In this document: positions 37,147 to 46,990 of the stretch, in pieces | Numbering within the stretch: position 1 is the stretch's first letter | Layout of the letters: every line of letters begins with the position of its first letter | Assembly: GCA_044226625.1 (NCBI GenBank) | Contig: JBGAGQ010000003.1 | Coordinates: 32,001-96,000 of the forward strand | Length of the DNA: 64,000 bases | Reading direction: 5' to 3' | From: Thermoanaerobaculia bacterium | GTDB taxonomy: Bacteria > Acidobacteriota > Thermoanaerobaculia > Multivoradales > UBA5704 | Translations under genes and position numbers: made by a program | Notes under the pieces: generated by a model | What the model saw: the letters and a program-made list of their open reading frames with translations, nothing else | Database searches by the model: none | Told to the model about the DNA's origin: nothing

Positions 37147-38529
37147 CTAGAAACCGAGTGACCGCTCGCGGGCCAGGAACGCCAGCACCTGGCGGGCGAG
37201 CTCGACCGTAAGGTTCTCCTGCTCGGCGGCGCGCTGAAACAGAATCAGCGCTCCGAGCGCCTCGCGGTGGACCTCGCGCGACTCGAACAAGGGAAGGATC
37301 TCGATGGCTAGCTGCTTGATCTCCGCGGATCGCCTCTGCTGCGCGTAGAGGGTCGCGAGCTCCAACGTGGCGAGTGCCGCGTCGTACCCCATCCTGTGCT
37401 CGTAGAACTCCGCGCGGACCTCGAGCAACACGCTCTCCGCCTCGTCCTCGTGGCCGAGGCCCGCGGCGATCCGGGCTTCGAGCCAACGGAGCCGAATGCG
37501 ATCGACGGGGCTGGAGAGAACGAAAGCGTCCCGGATCTGGGCCAGGCGTCGCGAGGCCTCGTCAAACCGCCCCACCGCGACCATCGCGAACAGCAAGTTG
37601 TAATGGGCATAGGTCTTCGAGAGCCCGTCGGCCTCCACGTCGAGCGGGCGGCCGGGATCCGCCGCTCGGCTCGAGACGGCCGGAAGGCCCGGGTCGGTCG
37701 AGAGATCCGGAGGTTTCGTATCGCCGGAAGGGATCGCGTCGAGGGCGTCGAACTCGTCGATCAGCCCTTCGAGCTCCGCCAGCGTGCCGTCGAGATCGCC
37801 CATCTCCTCCCGGATCTTCGCTCGGGTGAGACGCACGCGGCGCATCGCTGCCGCCGCCCTGGCCTCGTGGAAGAGGACCATCGCGTCGTCGGCGGCGTCG
37901 AGCGCCTCGGGCAACCTCCGTTGGGCCCGCCGGAGCGCCGCTTGGACATGAAGCAGCTCGCCGCGCACTTCCGGAGCGCCGGTCCCACCTCTCTCGATCA
38001 AGGCGAACGCGGTACGTAGTGCCTGGTCGGCGCCCATCAGCTCGCCGAGCACTCGTCGCGAATTGGCCAGATGACCCCACGCTCTCGCGGTGAGGTCGTG
38101 AACCCAGACCGAGTCGTACACCTCCCCGGAGAGCTGCTCGGCGATCCGGACGGCGAGCTCCGCCCGTTCGACCGCCCGGACCGGCTGCTCGACCACGGCC
38201 CGCTTGCTTTCGCGCAGGAGCAGCGAGCAGAGCGCCCAGGAACGAAAGCTCCCGTCCTTCTCCACCCGGTCGAGCTGGGACGCCAGATCGAGCGGCTCGA
38301 GCTGGGCAAGGAGGCCCGGAGCTTCCCGGCCCTCGAACAGAACGATCGACTCGTTCCAGTGCCCAACCTCCTCCTGCAATGCGCGGAGCTCGGCGAACCG
38401 CTCACCGCAGGCGGCGCAGCTCGCTTCCAGATGCGGGGCGATCTCCCGCACGACATCGTCTTGCGGAAGATCGCCCGCGAGCCACCGGGCCAACGTTTCG
38501 ATCGACAAATGACCTCGTTCCGTCTCCAT
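37147..38529 (-). CDS. Zinc-finger-like (HLxxxCxxC) + TPR-like helical protein
   Basis: AAGGAGG RBS; HLEASCAAC; ARAWGHLANSRRVLGEL; WLEARIAAGLG; YDAALATLELA. Confidence 0.8.
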   Translation of the reverse strand: METERGHLSIETLARWLAGDLPQDDVVREIAPHLEASCAACGERFAELRALQEEVGHWNESIVLFEGREAPGLLAQLEPLDLASQLDRVEKDGSFRSWALCSLLLRESKRAVVEQPVRAVERAELAVRIAEQLSGEVYDSVWVHDLTARAWGHLANSRRVLGELMGADQALRTAFALIERGGTGAPEVRGELLHVQAALRRAQRRLPEALDAADDAMVLFHEARAAAAMRRVRLTRAKIREEMGDLDGTLAELEGLIDEFDALDAIPSGDTKPPDLSTDPGLPAVSSRAADPGRPLDVEADGLSKTYAHYNLLFAMVAVGRFDEASRRLAQIRDAFVLSSPVDRIRLRWLEARIAAGLGHEDEAESVLLEVRAEFYEHRMGYDAALATLELATLYAQQRRSAEIKQLAIEILPLFESREVHREALGALILFQRAAEQENLTVELARQVLAFLARERSLGF

Positions 38530-38653
38530 CCGGCCTCCTTCAGCCCCAGAGTTCTCTCTCTAGATACCATTGTTGCCGGAAGAAGACATTTCGAGACAAG
38601 ATCTTCCGAAGAAAATTCTCGAAACGACGAACCCAAAGCCGATTTCGACGAAA

Positions 38654-38899
38654 TTAGGGCCGGCCGGCGTCCTCTCTCCATCCCGCGGCGAGCGGGCGGC
38701 CCAAGGGATCAAACGAGCCGCCCTCCTCGGCGAACAGGTGGCGAAGCACGCCTCCAGCCCAGGAAACGAAGCTCCCCCAGCCCGTGCCGACGAGCGAGGG
38801 GAACCCTCTGGAGATCGACAACGCGGAGGCGGGCAGAGGTGCCACGAGCAAACCGGCGAAGACGACGGCGACGAGAGAGCGGGAAAGCCTAGAGCGCAT
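38654..38899 (-). CDS. Small secreted peptide (81 aa) with GGSFDPLG motif
   Basis: AAGGAG RBS; Sec-type signal MRSRLSRSLVAVVFAGLLVAPLPASA; co-oriented and upstream of the TPR gene. Confidence 0.72.
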   Translation of the reverse strand: MRSRLSRSLVAVVFAGLLVAPLPASALSISRGFPSLVGTGWGSFVSWAGGVLRHLFAEEGGSFDPLGRPLAAGWREDAGRP

Positions 38900-39065
38900 A
38901 ACAATTCTCCTTGTTCGGCAACAGGTCGGAGGCAGAATGCCCACGCCGTCGCCTCTACAAGACATTGTTGACGCTAAATCGATAACCGGGACAAAAAATA
39001 CCCCGAGACACAAAAATTCCCTCTCCGAGACATCTCCCGGCAAAACTTTCCCCGCAATTTCGGGT

Positions 39066-40121
39066 CTAGATCGGCTTCGAAGGCTCGAGCGGAGCGCCTG
39101 CGGCAGAGGCGAGAACGGCGGCCCCGAGCAGGCCGGTGCGCGGTTCGAGGACGATCCGCACCGGAACGCGGGCGAGGTAGGAAGCGAATCTACCCTTGGC
39201 CAGGAACGAGCGCAGAAAGCCTCCGGCGACGAGACGATGCCGCACCTTGGGCGCCACACCTCCGCCCAAGAAGATGCCCCCGGTCGCCCCCGCCGCCAGG
39301 GCGACGTTTCCCGCGACCGCCCCATAGATCGAGCAGAACGAATCGAGCGCCCGATCGCAGAGCGCAGATTCCCCTTGGGCGCTGGCGATCGCGATCGCCG
39401 CCGCGGGATCGGCCCCGGAGACCCCGGCGGCTCGATCCGCGAGAGCTTGCTCGACCGGCCGATGCGCCGCGAGACCCCGGCGGTCACGCAGAAACTCGTA
39501 GAGATTCACCAATCCGGGGCCCGAAACCAGCCGTTCGATGCTCACGTGGCCGCCGCTGTCGCCCTCCAGGCGCTCGGAGAGGTAACAGAGAAGTCCCCAT
39601 TCCTCCTCGTCCCGGGCGGCGAAGTCCATATGACCGCCTTCGGTCGCGAGGGTCACCCAGCGCCCGGCAACCTCGGTTTGGAGAGCGATTCCCAATCCGG
39701 TCCCGGCGGAAACCAGCGCCCGGTTTCCCCGGGCGCCCGGCTCTCCTTCTTGGACCTGCTGCAGCTGGTCGGCGGAGAGGCCTTCCAGGCCCGCCGCCGC
39801 CGCCGCGAGATCGTTGACCAGCAGCGCGCGGCCGGACGCCAAGCCGAGCCGCTCCCCGATCGCGTCGCCGTCGAGCTCCGGCCAGGGAAGGTTCGGCGTG
39901 GTCGCGCGATTGTTCCGCACCGGACCCGGAATGCCGAAACAGGCGGCCTGGAGCCCTTCGGAGTCCGAGCCGAGATACGCCGCTGCCGCGGCGCCCAGGT
40001 CGGGAAAATCGAGGCTCCGATAGTCGCGGATCTCCCCCACCGCCTCGAGCCGACCGGACGCGCCGAGGCAGAACCGGCCGAGCCGGATGTGCGTGCCGCC
40101 TACGTCCCCGGCGAGGAACAC
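39066..40121 (-). CDS. glk: Glucokinase
   Basis: LAGDVGGT, LVNDL, AGTGLG, TEGGH, ERLVSGPGL, GGIFLGGGVAPK, FLAKGRF. Confidence 0.93.
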   Translation of the reverse strand: MFLAGDVGGTHIRLGRFCLGASGRLEAVGEIRDYRSLDFPDLGAAAAAYLGSDSEGLQAACFGIPGPVRNNRATTPNLPWPELDGDAIGERLGLASGRALLVNDLAAAAAGLEGLSADQLQQVQEGEPGARGNRALVSAGTGLGIALQTEVAGRWVTLATEGGHMDFAARDEEEWGLLCYLSERLEGDSGGHVSIERLVSGPGLVNLYEFLRDRRGLAAHRPVEQALADRAAGVSGADPAAAIAIASAQGESALCDRALDSFCSIYGAVAGNVALAAGATGGIFLGGGVAPKVRHRLVAGGFLRSFLAKGRFASYLARVPVRIVLEPRTGLLGAAVLASAAGAPLEPSKPI

Positions 40122-40125
40122 CTCC

Positions 40126-41802
40126 CTACTCTCCGCCGGTTCCGAGCGCCCTCGCGAGACGATCGAGCCCTGAGGCGGCGTCGCCTCCGAGATCGATCCG
40201 CAGCACGGGTCTTCCTCGGCCGAGAAGGGCCTGCCGGTCACCGTCCGCTTGGGCCCGGATCAGCCGGGCGAAGGTGTAGTCGGTCTCCGGCACTGGGACG
40301 GGGTCCGCGGGGCGATCGATCAGTTGAAGGAAGCGGCATATCGGCGGCCCCCCCTTGTGCAGCTGACCGGTCGAATGGAGGAAGCGCGGGCCATAGCCGA
40401 ACGTGGTGGCGAGCCGCGTCCGGTCGCGCAGCCGCGCCTGGACCGAGCGCAGGACCGACGTCGCCGCGGGCGTCGGCGCGAGATAGGCGTGGATGCCCAG
40501 ATAGTTGCCGGCCGAGGCGCCGACGAGGAAACGATCCAGCACGTCGCCGAGATCCGGATAGTCGGCGTTTGCCTCCTCGCCGCCGCCGGACAGCTCCAGC
40601 TCCCCCTTCATCGCCCGGCTGGAGAGGTCTTTGGCCAGCTGGACGTCGGGCTGGTCGAACGGCTGGATGCCGAGGACGGCCCCGGCCGCCGCGACCGCGA
40701 GCTCCCAGCGATACATCTCGGCCGACAGATCGAGCCGATCGCCGAGCACGAACGAGGCGGTGGGATGCCCGGCCGCCGCGAGCCGAACGAGGCGTGAGCG
40801 AACCTCCTCCTCTTCGCCCGAAATCGCCAGGCCTACGAAGAAGCGGTCGTCGCCGTACGCCGCCGGTTCGCCCGGCGCCTCGCCCGCGACCGGCACGATC
40901 CCGTGGCCTTGCTTCCCGGTGCTCTCGGCGATCAACTGCTCCAACCACTCGGGAAACGCGGCGAGACCGGGGGAGGTGAGGAACGTGACCTTGTTGCGAC
41001 CCGCCGCCGCGAGCTCGCCGAGCGCTGCGCCAAGCGCGAGCGCCGGGTTGTCGACCTCCGGCACGTCGGGGCCGCAAGCCGCGGCGAGCGCGGCGGCCCG
41101 GTCGAGTAGGCCGGCGAGGTCGGCGCCGATCGCCGCCGCGGGGGCGAGGCCGAACGGCGTGAGCGCGCTGTACCGGCCGCCTACGTCGGCCGGCGCGTTG
41201 AACAACCAGCGGAAGCCGCGCTCGCGCGCGAGCTTCTCGAGCGACGTCGCGGGATCGGTCACCGCGGCGAAGGCGTTGCCGGTCTCCCCTAGACGCGCCT
41301 TCTCGGCTTCTCCCAGCGCGCCCACCCGGTGCCAGAAGTAACGGAAGAAGCTCATCGTCTCGGTCGTTCCGCCCGATTTCGAGGACACGAGGAAGACCGA
41401 ACGCGCCAGGTCGATCCGCCGCGCGAGGTCGACCACCGCGTCCGGGTGGGTGCTGTCTAGGACCCGCAGCACGGGATAGCCCGCCCGGTTGCCGAAGGTC
41501 TCCTGGAACACTTCGGGCGCGAGGCTCGAGCCACCCATACCGAGCACCAGAGCGTGGCGGAATTCGTCGGCGGCGAGCGTGGCGCCGAACGACTCGAGCT
41601 CGGGCAGACGAGCGCGCATGTCGGCGGCGAGCGTGAGCCACCCCAGACGGTCGACGATCTCCGGGGTGTCGGGAGCAGCCCAGAGCGTGGGGTCTTTCGC
41701 CCACAGGCGGTTGGAAAAGCCATCCGCCCGCCACCGCTCCAACCGCCGGGCGACGGCGGCCGCCCCTTCTCCGAGATCCATCGAGACCCTGGTCGTGCTC
41801 AT
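40126..41802 (-). CDS. pgi: Glucose-6-phosphate isomerase (Tal-Pgi-type PGI domain)
   Basis: RLGWL, GMGGSSL, SSKSGGTTET, GGRYSAL, EQLIAESTGK, PFDQPDV, GPRFLHSTGQLHKGG. Confidence 0.92.
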   Translation of the reverse strand: MSTTRVSMDLGEGAAAVARRLERWRADGFSNRLWAKDPTLWAAPDTPEIVDRLGWLTLAADMRARLPELESFGATLAADEFRHALVLGMGGSSLAPEVFQETFGNRAGYPVLRVLDSTHPDAVVDLARRIDLARSVFLVSSKSGGTTETMSFFRYFWHRVGALGEAEKARLGETGNAFAAVTDPATSLEKLARERGFRWLFNAPADVGGRYSALTPFGLAPAAAIGADLAGLLDRAAALAAACGPDVPEVDNPALALGAALGELAAAGRNKVTFLTSPGLAAFPEWLEQLIAESTGKQGHGIVPVAGEAPGEPAAYGDDRFFVGLAISGEEEEVRSRLVRLAAAGHPTASFVLGDRLDLSAEMYRWELAVAAAGAVLGIQPFDQPDVQLAKDLSSRAMKGELELSGGGEEANADYPDLGDVLDRFLVGASAGNYLGIHAYLAPTPAATSVLRSVQARLRDRTRLATTFGYGPRFLHSTGQLHKGGPPICRFLQLIDRPADPVPVPETDYTFARLIRAQADGDRQALLGRGRPVLRIDLGGDAASGLDRLARALGTGGE

Positions 41803-41886
41803 CGAAACCTCCGCTCGTCGGCCATTCGCGAACTCTATCCGAGTCGAGAAACCGCCCGCGAGGCGCGTGCTACGATCCCGCGCGCC

Positions 41887-42279
41887 ATGCGCCGTCCCTC
41901 CGTTCGCGCCGTCGTCGCCTCGTCGCTCGCCCTCGTCTTCGCGGTCACGATCGCGGCTTGCTCCCGGTCAGGACCGGTCGCGAGCTATCCCATGCGGGCA
42001 GAGATCTTGGGCTTGCCGGAAGGTCCCAACGGCGAGCTGCTGCTCCGCCACGAAGCGATCGACGGCTTCGCCGATCGCGACGGCAAGAAGGTGGGAATGG
42101 ATCCGATGTCCATGCCGTTTCCGGTCGCGGAAGGCCTCTCCCTCTCGGGGCTCGCCGTGGGCGACGTCGTCCGCGCGACGCTCGAGGTCGATTGGCAGCA
42201 GCGGTCGCCGGCGAAAATCACCGCGATCGAGAAGCTGCCCGCCGGAACCCAGCTCACGTTCCGCGCGGCGCACCCCTGA
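41887..42279 (+). CDS. CusF-like copper-binding lipoprotein
   Basis: Lipobox IAAC; LRHEAI...MDPMSMPF His/Met metal site. Confidence 0.82.
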   Translation: MRRPSVRAVVASSLALVFAVTIAACSRSGPVASYPMRAEILGLPEGPNGELLLRHEAIDGFADRDGKKVGMDPMSMPFPVAEGLSLSGLAVGDVVRATLEVDWQQRSPAKITAIEKLPAGTQLTFRAAHP

Positions 42280-42386
42280 CGGGCGCGTCGCACGGACGAG
42301 GGCCGATTTCGGAGTCGGGGAGTCGGGCCCCAACCAACCCTTGACCATGAACGACGAATGAACGGCGATCACCAAGGAGGCACCTC

Positions 42387-42815
42387 ATGCCCGTACGTAG
42401 CGCAAACGCGGTTTGGCAAGGCGGTCTGAAGGACGGTTCGGGGCAACTCGCGCTCGGCAGCGGCGCGTTCGAAGGGCGTTACTCGTTCGGTTCGCGCTTC
42501 GAAGAGGCGGGCGGCACCAATCCCGAGGAGTTGATCGGCGCCGCGCACGCGGGCTGCTTCTCGATGGCGCTCTCGGCGGGCCTCGGCCGTGCGGGCTTCA
42601 CGCCGAAACGAATCGCCACCTCGGCGAAGGTCCATTTCGGCAAAGTTGGAGAAGCGTTCCGCATCACCCGCATCGACCTGGTGACCGAGGCGGAGGTCCC
42701 CGGCATCGACGACGCGGCGTTCCAAGAGCAGGCCCAGGGCGCCAAGGTCGGCTGCCCGATCTCGGCCGCCCTCTCCGCGGTCGAGATCACGCTCGACGCG
42801 AAACTCGTCGGCTGA
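42387..42815 (+). CDS. osmC: OsmC peroxiredoxin
   Basis: AVWQGGLKDGSG, SRFE, TNPEELIGAAHAGCFSMAL, GCPISAAL. Confidence 0.95.
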   Translation: MPVRSANAVWQGGLKDGSGQLALGSGAFEGRYSFGSRFEEAGGTNPEELIGAAHAGCFSMALSAGLGRAGFTPKRIATSAKVHFGKVGEAFRITRIDLVTEAEVPGIDDAAFQEQAQGAKVGCPISAALSAVEITLDAKLVG

Positions 42816-42886
42816 AGCGTCCCCGCGCCGCCTCCGAATCGGGGCGGCGCGCCCCCCTCTTCACCTCGACCTTCTCGACGAGTTTC

Positions 42887-44068
42887 CTACGAGCGGCCTT
42901 GCCGCAAGCGCGCGTACTCCCCGCCGTCGATCTCGCGCCGGGCGGCGAGGTCACGCTCGACGTCTTCCGCCCAGGCGCCCGCAAACGCCGCCTCGCCCGC
43001 GGCGAGCACGAGCAGCTCGGTGCCGAAACCGGAGCCGTACGAAAACGCCGTGATCCGCTCTCCCGGCGCCCGCCCGGCGAGCGCCTGGGCGACCGAGAGC
43101 CAGAGGCTCGCGGTATAGGAGTTCCCGACCCTGACGTTCCAGCCCATCGACGGCACCACGCGCTCGCGGTAGAGGGTCTCGATCCGCTCCGGCGCCCAAC
43201 CGAACGCCTCGCCGACCGCGACGACCGCCTTCTTCACCATCTTCGGGAACGGAACGTGGAAGCACAACGCCCGAAACGGCGCGAGGACCTCCTCGGGATC
43301 GCCCCCGGCGACAAGCGCCTCGAAACAGCGGACGGCGCCTCGCTTGTAGCACTCCAGGCTCAGCGGACCGTCGACGCGCGGGTGAGCTTCGCCGACCGGA
43401 CGCCAGAAGTCGAACACGGGCTCGCTCCAGGGGTAGCTAACCCGATCGACCGCGGCCACCGAGGGCCCGTCGATCACGAAGGCGACGGCACCGGCCCCTT
43501 GCGTCGGCTCGCCCGGATCCCCCTCCGCGTAGAGCGCGACGTCGGCGGCGATCACCAGCGCAGCGCGCGGCTCGTTCGACCCGGCCGCGCCGAATCGATC
43601 CAAGCCGGCCGCGCCGAATTGATCCAACCCGGCTGCGCCGGACCAGCGCCATTCCAGCGCTTGGCGTAGTGCGAGCGTTCCGCCGTAGCAGGCGTGCTTG
43701 ACCTCGTAGGAGCGCACGGCTCCAGAGAGGCCCAGCCGATCCGCTACCCAGGCGGAGAGCGGCCGGCTCATGTCGAGCGCCGACTCGGTTCCGACCGCGA
43801 GCAAACCGATTCGCCGCGGATCGCCTCCCCACCGGGCGAGGGCCCTCCGTCCGGCCTCGACCGCTAGGTCGACCACGCCGAACCCGGCCGGACACAGCGC
43901 CATCTCGCCGCAGCCGAGGCCGAGAGTCAGCTTCTCGGCTTCGACGCCGCGGAGCTTCGCGAGCTCCGCCATCTTCATCGCGAGCGGCGGCAGCGAGATG
44001 CCCACCGCGGCGATCCCCGCGGCCGGTCGTTCCATTCCTGCCGAACCCATGCCTGTCGAAGAAGCCAT
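42887..44068 (-). CDS. Hydroxymethylglutaryl-CoA synthase-family protein
   Basis: VGTES, KHACYGGT, GEPTQGAGAVA, DFWRP, FHVPF, VGNSYTASL, FSYGSG. Confidence 0.88.
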   Translation of the reverse strand: MASSTGMGSAGMERPAAGIAAVGISLPPLAMKMAELAKLRGVEAEKLTLGLGCGEMALCPAGFGVVDLAVEAGRRALARWGGDPRRIGLLAVGTESALDMSRPLSAWVADRLGLSGAVRSYEVKHACYGGTLALRQALEWRWSGAAGLDQFGAAGLDRFGAAGSNEPRAALVIAADVALYAEGDPGEPTQGAGAVAFVIDGPSVAAVDRVSYPWSEPVFDFWRPVGEAHPRVDGPLSLECYKRGAVRCFEALVAGGDPEEVLAPFRALCFHVPFPKMVKKAVVAVGEAFGWAPERIETLYRERVVPSMGWNVRVGNSYTASLWLSVAQALAGRAPGERITAFSYGSGFGTELLVLAAGEAAFAGAWAEDVERDLAARREIDGGEYARLRQGRS

Positions 44069-44085
44069 CGGCGACGACCGACCGG

Positions 44086-44943
44086 CTACTTCTTCGCGTG
44101 GTCGTAGAAGCCGCGGCCGCTCTTCTTGCCGAGGCGCCCGGCGAGCACCATCTGCTTGAGCAGCGGCGGCGGCGCGAAGCGCTTCTCGCGGTACTCCTCG
44201 AACATGATGTCGGCGATGTAGAGCGTCGTGTCGAGGCCGACGAAGTCGAGCAGCGTGAAAGGCCCCATCGGGTAGCCGCAGCCGAGCTGCATCCCCTTGT
44301 CGATGTCCTCGATCGAGCCTACGCCTTCCTCGAGCGCGCGGATCGCGTCGAGCAAATAGGGGACGAGCAGGCGATTGACGATGAAGCCCGAATTGTCGCG
44401 CGCCGCGATCGGCTCCTTGCCCACCGTCCGCGCGAAGGCGAACGCCGTGTCGAACGCCTCGTCCGAGGTGACGATCGTCCGCACCACCTCGACCAGCTTC
44501 ATCACCGGCACCGGGTTGAAGAAATGGAGACCGACGAAGCGATCCGGCCGCTTCGTGCTCATCGCGAGCTGGGTGATGGTGAGCGACGAGGTGTTCGAGG
44601 CAAAGATCGCCTCCGGCTTGACGATCTCGTCGAGGGCCGCGAACGTCTTCTTCTTCTCTTCGACGTTCTCGACGATCGCCTCGATCACCAGGTCGCAATC
44701 GGAGAGATCCGAGAATTCGAGGGTCCCACTCAGATTCGCGAACGCCGCGTCGCGCGCCGCGGCGTCGAGCTTGCCCTTCTCCACCGCCTTGTCGAGCGAC
44801 CCTTTGATCCGCCCGAGCCCCTTGTCCAGGAAGCCCTGGTTCACCTCCCGCACTACCGTCGCGAGCCCCGCCTTCGCCGCAATCTCGGCGATTCCGGCGC
44901 CCATCAGGCCGCAGCCGAGGACGCCCACCTTCTGAATGGCCAT
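44086..44943 (-). CDS. hbd: 3-hydroxybutyryl-CoA dehydrogenase
   Basis: GCGLMGAGIA, EAIVEN, ASNTSSL, GLHFFNPVPVMKLVE, GFIVNRLL, PMGPFTLLDFVGLD. Confidence 0.92.
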   Translation of the reverse strand: MAIQKVGVLGCGLMGAGIAEIAAKAGLATVVREVNQGFLDKGLGRIKGSLDKAVEKGKLDAAARDAAFANLSGTLEFSDLSDCDLVIEAIVENVEEKKKTFAALDEIVKPEAIFASNTSSLTITQLAMSTKRPDRFVGLHFFNPVPVMKLVEVVRTIVTSDEAFDTAFAFARTVGKEPIAARDNSGFIVNRLLVPYLLDAIRALEEGVGSIEDIDKGMQLGCGYPMGPFTLLDFVGLDTTLYIADIMFEEYREKRFAPPPLLKQMVLAGRLGKKSGRGFYDHAKK

Positions 44944-45042
44944 GTTCGATCTCCGGGAAAACCCGGGCGTCGCCCGGGGCGAGCGGACTTTACCCGCTCG
45001 ATACCGGGCGACGCCAGGGCCAGCCGGCGCGGATCGAGGACT

Positions 45043-46800
45043 TCAGGGGTGATCCTCCTCCGGCGCCGTCGCCGCGGACTTCGGATATCCCGCGCGATCC
45101 GAGACCGCCCACATCGAGTCGACCAGGGCAAGACCGTTGAAGATCTTGTTGCTCCCTTGGAACGTCTCCAGGGCGTTCGGATTCGCCGGGCTCGCCTGGA
45201 GGTAGGAAGACGAACGGCCGCGGTCGGGCTTGGTGTCCGGGGTATCAGGCGGCCAGGCCGCGCGGGAATGGCAGTTCATACAGTTCGTGGTGATCGGGTG
45301 CGACGCCGCGAGCTCGATATACGGGTTGTAGGCGACCGGCCAGGCCCGGCCCACGGTTCCCGGCGGCACGTAGTAGTTGGTGCTCCCCTGCTGCTGCGTG
45401 GTGCCGTACGTGGTCGTGATCATGTAGTTCTTGTAGATCTGATCGCCGCCGGGCACCGAATTCGGCCGATGGCCGCAGTATCGGTTGCTCGCCGGGTTGC
45501 TGCAGGCGAGGGCGTCCGGGTGCCACCAGGCCGACTGGAAGGTCCAGGCCGACTGCGGCTCCTTGGTCATCACATGCATCGCGACCAGCGCCAGAGAGTC
45601 CCCCGCCTGGAACGCCCGGTTGTAGGCCCAGTAAGCGGAGGCGTCGAGAATGGCCCGGTCGCAGGTCGAGAGCGCCCCGAGGTCCGTCGACGTGTACTTC
45701 TTGCTGTAGAAGCGGTCGAGCGTCACACGCTCCGCGGAATCGTAGGTGTTCGGACCGAGCGGCTTGCCGTTCGGGTCGAGAACGCCGTAGAGGAACTGCA
45801 CCCGCTTCTGCTCGGCGGGTCCCGGCGGGCCGCTGGAGATGGCGACCGCGCGGGTCCAGAACTTCTGCATCTCGTAGCCGGCGTACTGTCCGTCGGCCGG
45901 CGAGCCCGGCGGGTTCTTCTCCCAATCCCAGATCGGCAGAGCGGTGACGGAGGTCCATGTCGGGCCGCCTCCCGAGACCGGCCAGAGCATCACCTTGAGC
46001 ACGATCGAGGTCGACGGAAACGGCTGGATGCTCGTCGAGGGGCTGGTCTTCCCGGGTAGCAAGGCGTCGAGCTTCGAGGCGTCCGCGAGCCCCTTCATCT
46101 GGATGTTGCTCAGCGCCGCTTGGTTGTAGCTGACAGCGGCGACCATGATGTCGCCGTTGCTCTCGAAGTTCACGCCGTCCTTGAGCGCGTAGAGCGGCGG
46201 GTTGGTCTTCGGGATCGGCTGCAGGCAGGGCTTGTAGGCCGGATTCTTGACGATCGCTGGATTGACGCCGTAGATCGGCGGCGGGAAGTTGATCGCGCCG
46301 GCCCCACCCACCTGGGCGTTCGCGACGTTCTTGGCGTTGAGCGTCACCGGTCGAAAGACCTCCGGAGCCGCGGGCGAGTCGTCGGTCGAGCCGGAGGCCG
46401 AGTAGGCGGCCGACGGTTTCCACGGGTTGTACTGATATGGGAAGGCCTGGGTCGAGGTCCCGAAGGTTCGCCAGGTCGGATCCTTCGACGCGTTGGCCGG
46501 CTGGTTCAGTCCGGCGAACACGCAGAACGCGTGAAAGCGCACGCGAGGGCCCTGGCCCGGCGTTACCCACGATTGGATCTTGGAGGAGGGCTGCGGATAG
46601 TCGAATCCGGCGGGAAACTGCGTCGCCGGGGGCGGCGTTCCGAGATTCTCGCACGCGGCGGGATCGGCCACCCGCTCGGCTTTGACGACCCGGGTGGGAG
46701 GTGTTTCCTCGGCCGAAGGGGGCGGCGCCGGTTTCGGCGCGCAGGCGACGAAGGCGAGGAGGGTCGAGGCCACGGAGAAAGAGCGAAGGACGGTTCGCAT
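45043..46800 (-). CDS. Lipoprotein with a single C-terminal CxxCH (putative c-type heme protein)
   Basis: GGAGG RBS; lipobox FVAC; MHVMTKE...WTFQSAWW; TNCMNCH. Confidence 0.72.
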   Translation of the reverse strand: MRTVLRSFSVASTLLAFVACAPKPAPPPSAEETPPTRVVKAERVADPAACENLGTPPPATQFPAGFDYPQPSSKIQSWVTPGQGPRVRFHAFCVFAGLNQPANASKDPTWRTFGTSTQAFPYQYNPWKPSAAYSASGSTDDSPAAPEVFRPVTLNAKNVANAQVGGAGAINFPPPIYGVNPAIVKNPAYKPCLQPIPKTNPPLYALKDGVNFESNGDIMVAAVSYNQAALSNIQMKGLADASKLDALLPGKTSPSTSIQPFPSTSIVLKVMLWPVSGGGPTWTSVTALPIWDWEKNPPGSPADGQYAGYEMQKFWTRAVAISSGPPGPAEQKRVQFLYGVLDPNGKPLGPNTYDSAERVTLDRFYSKKYTSTDLGALSTCDRAILDASAYWAYNRAFQAGDSLALVAMHVMTKEPQSAWTFQSAWWHPDALACSNPASNRYCGHRPNSVPGGDQIYKNYMITTTYGTTQQQGSTNYYVPPGTVGRAWPVAYNPYIELAASHPITTNCMNCHSRAAWPPDTPDTKPDRGRSSSYLQASPANPNALETFQGSNKIFNGLALVDSMWAVSDRAGYPKSAATAPEEDHP

Positions 46801-46990
46801 TTCCTACCTCCCTGTGATTGTTTGACCGAGGATAGCCTAACCCGCTGGAAGATGCGCATGCGACGACCGCGCGACGATCCGTCGATCGCGTCACTCTCCA
46901 CCAGAGCTCGGGCACACGAAAGGTAGAGCCTCCGCCGTCCTTTCGGACGCCCCACCGAACCTCTGTCCGTCCCACCGGGAGAACCCTTCG

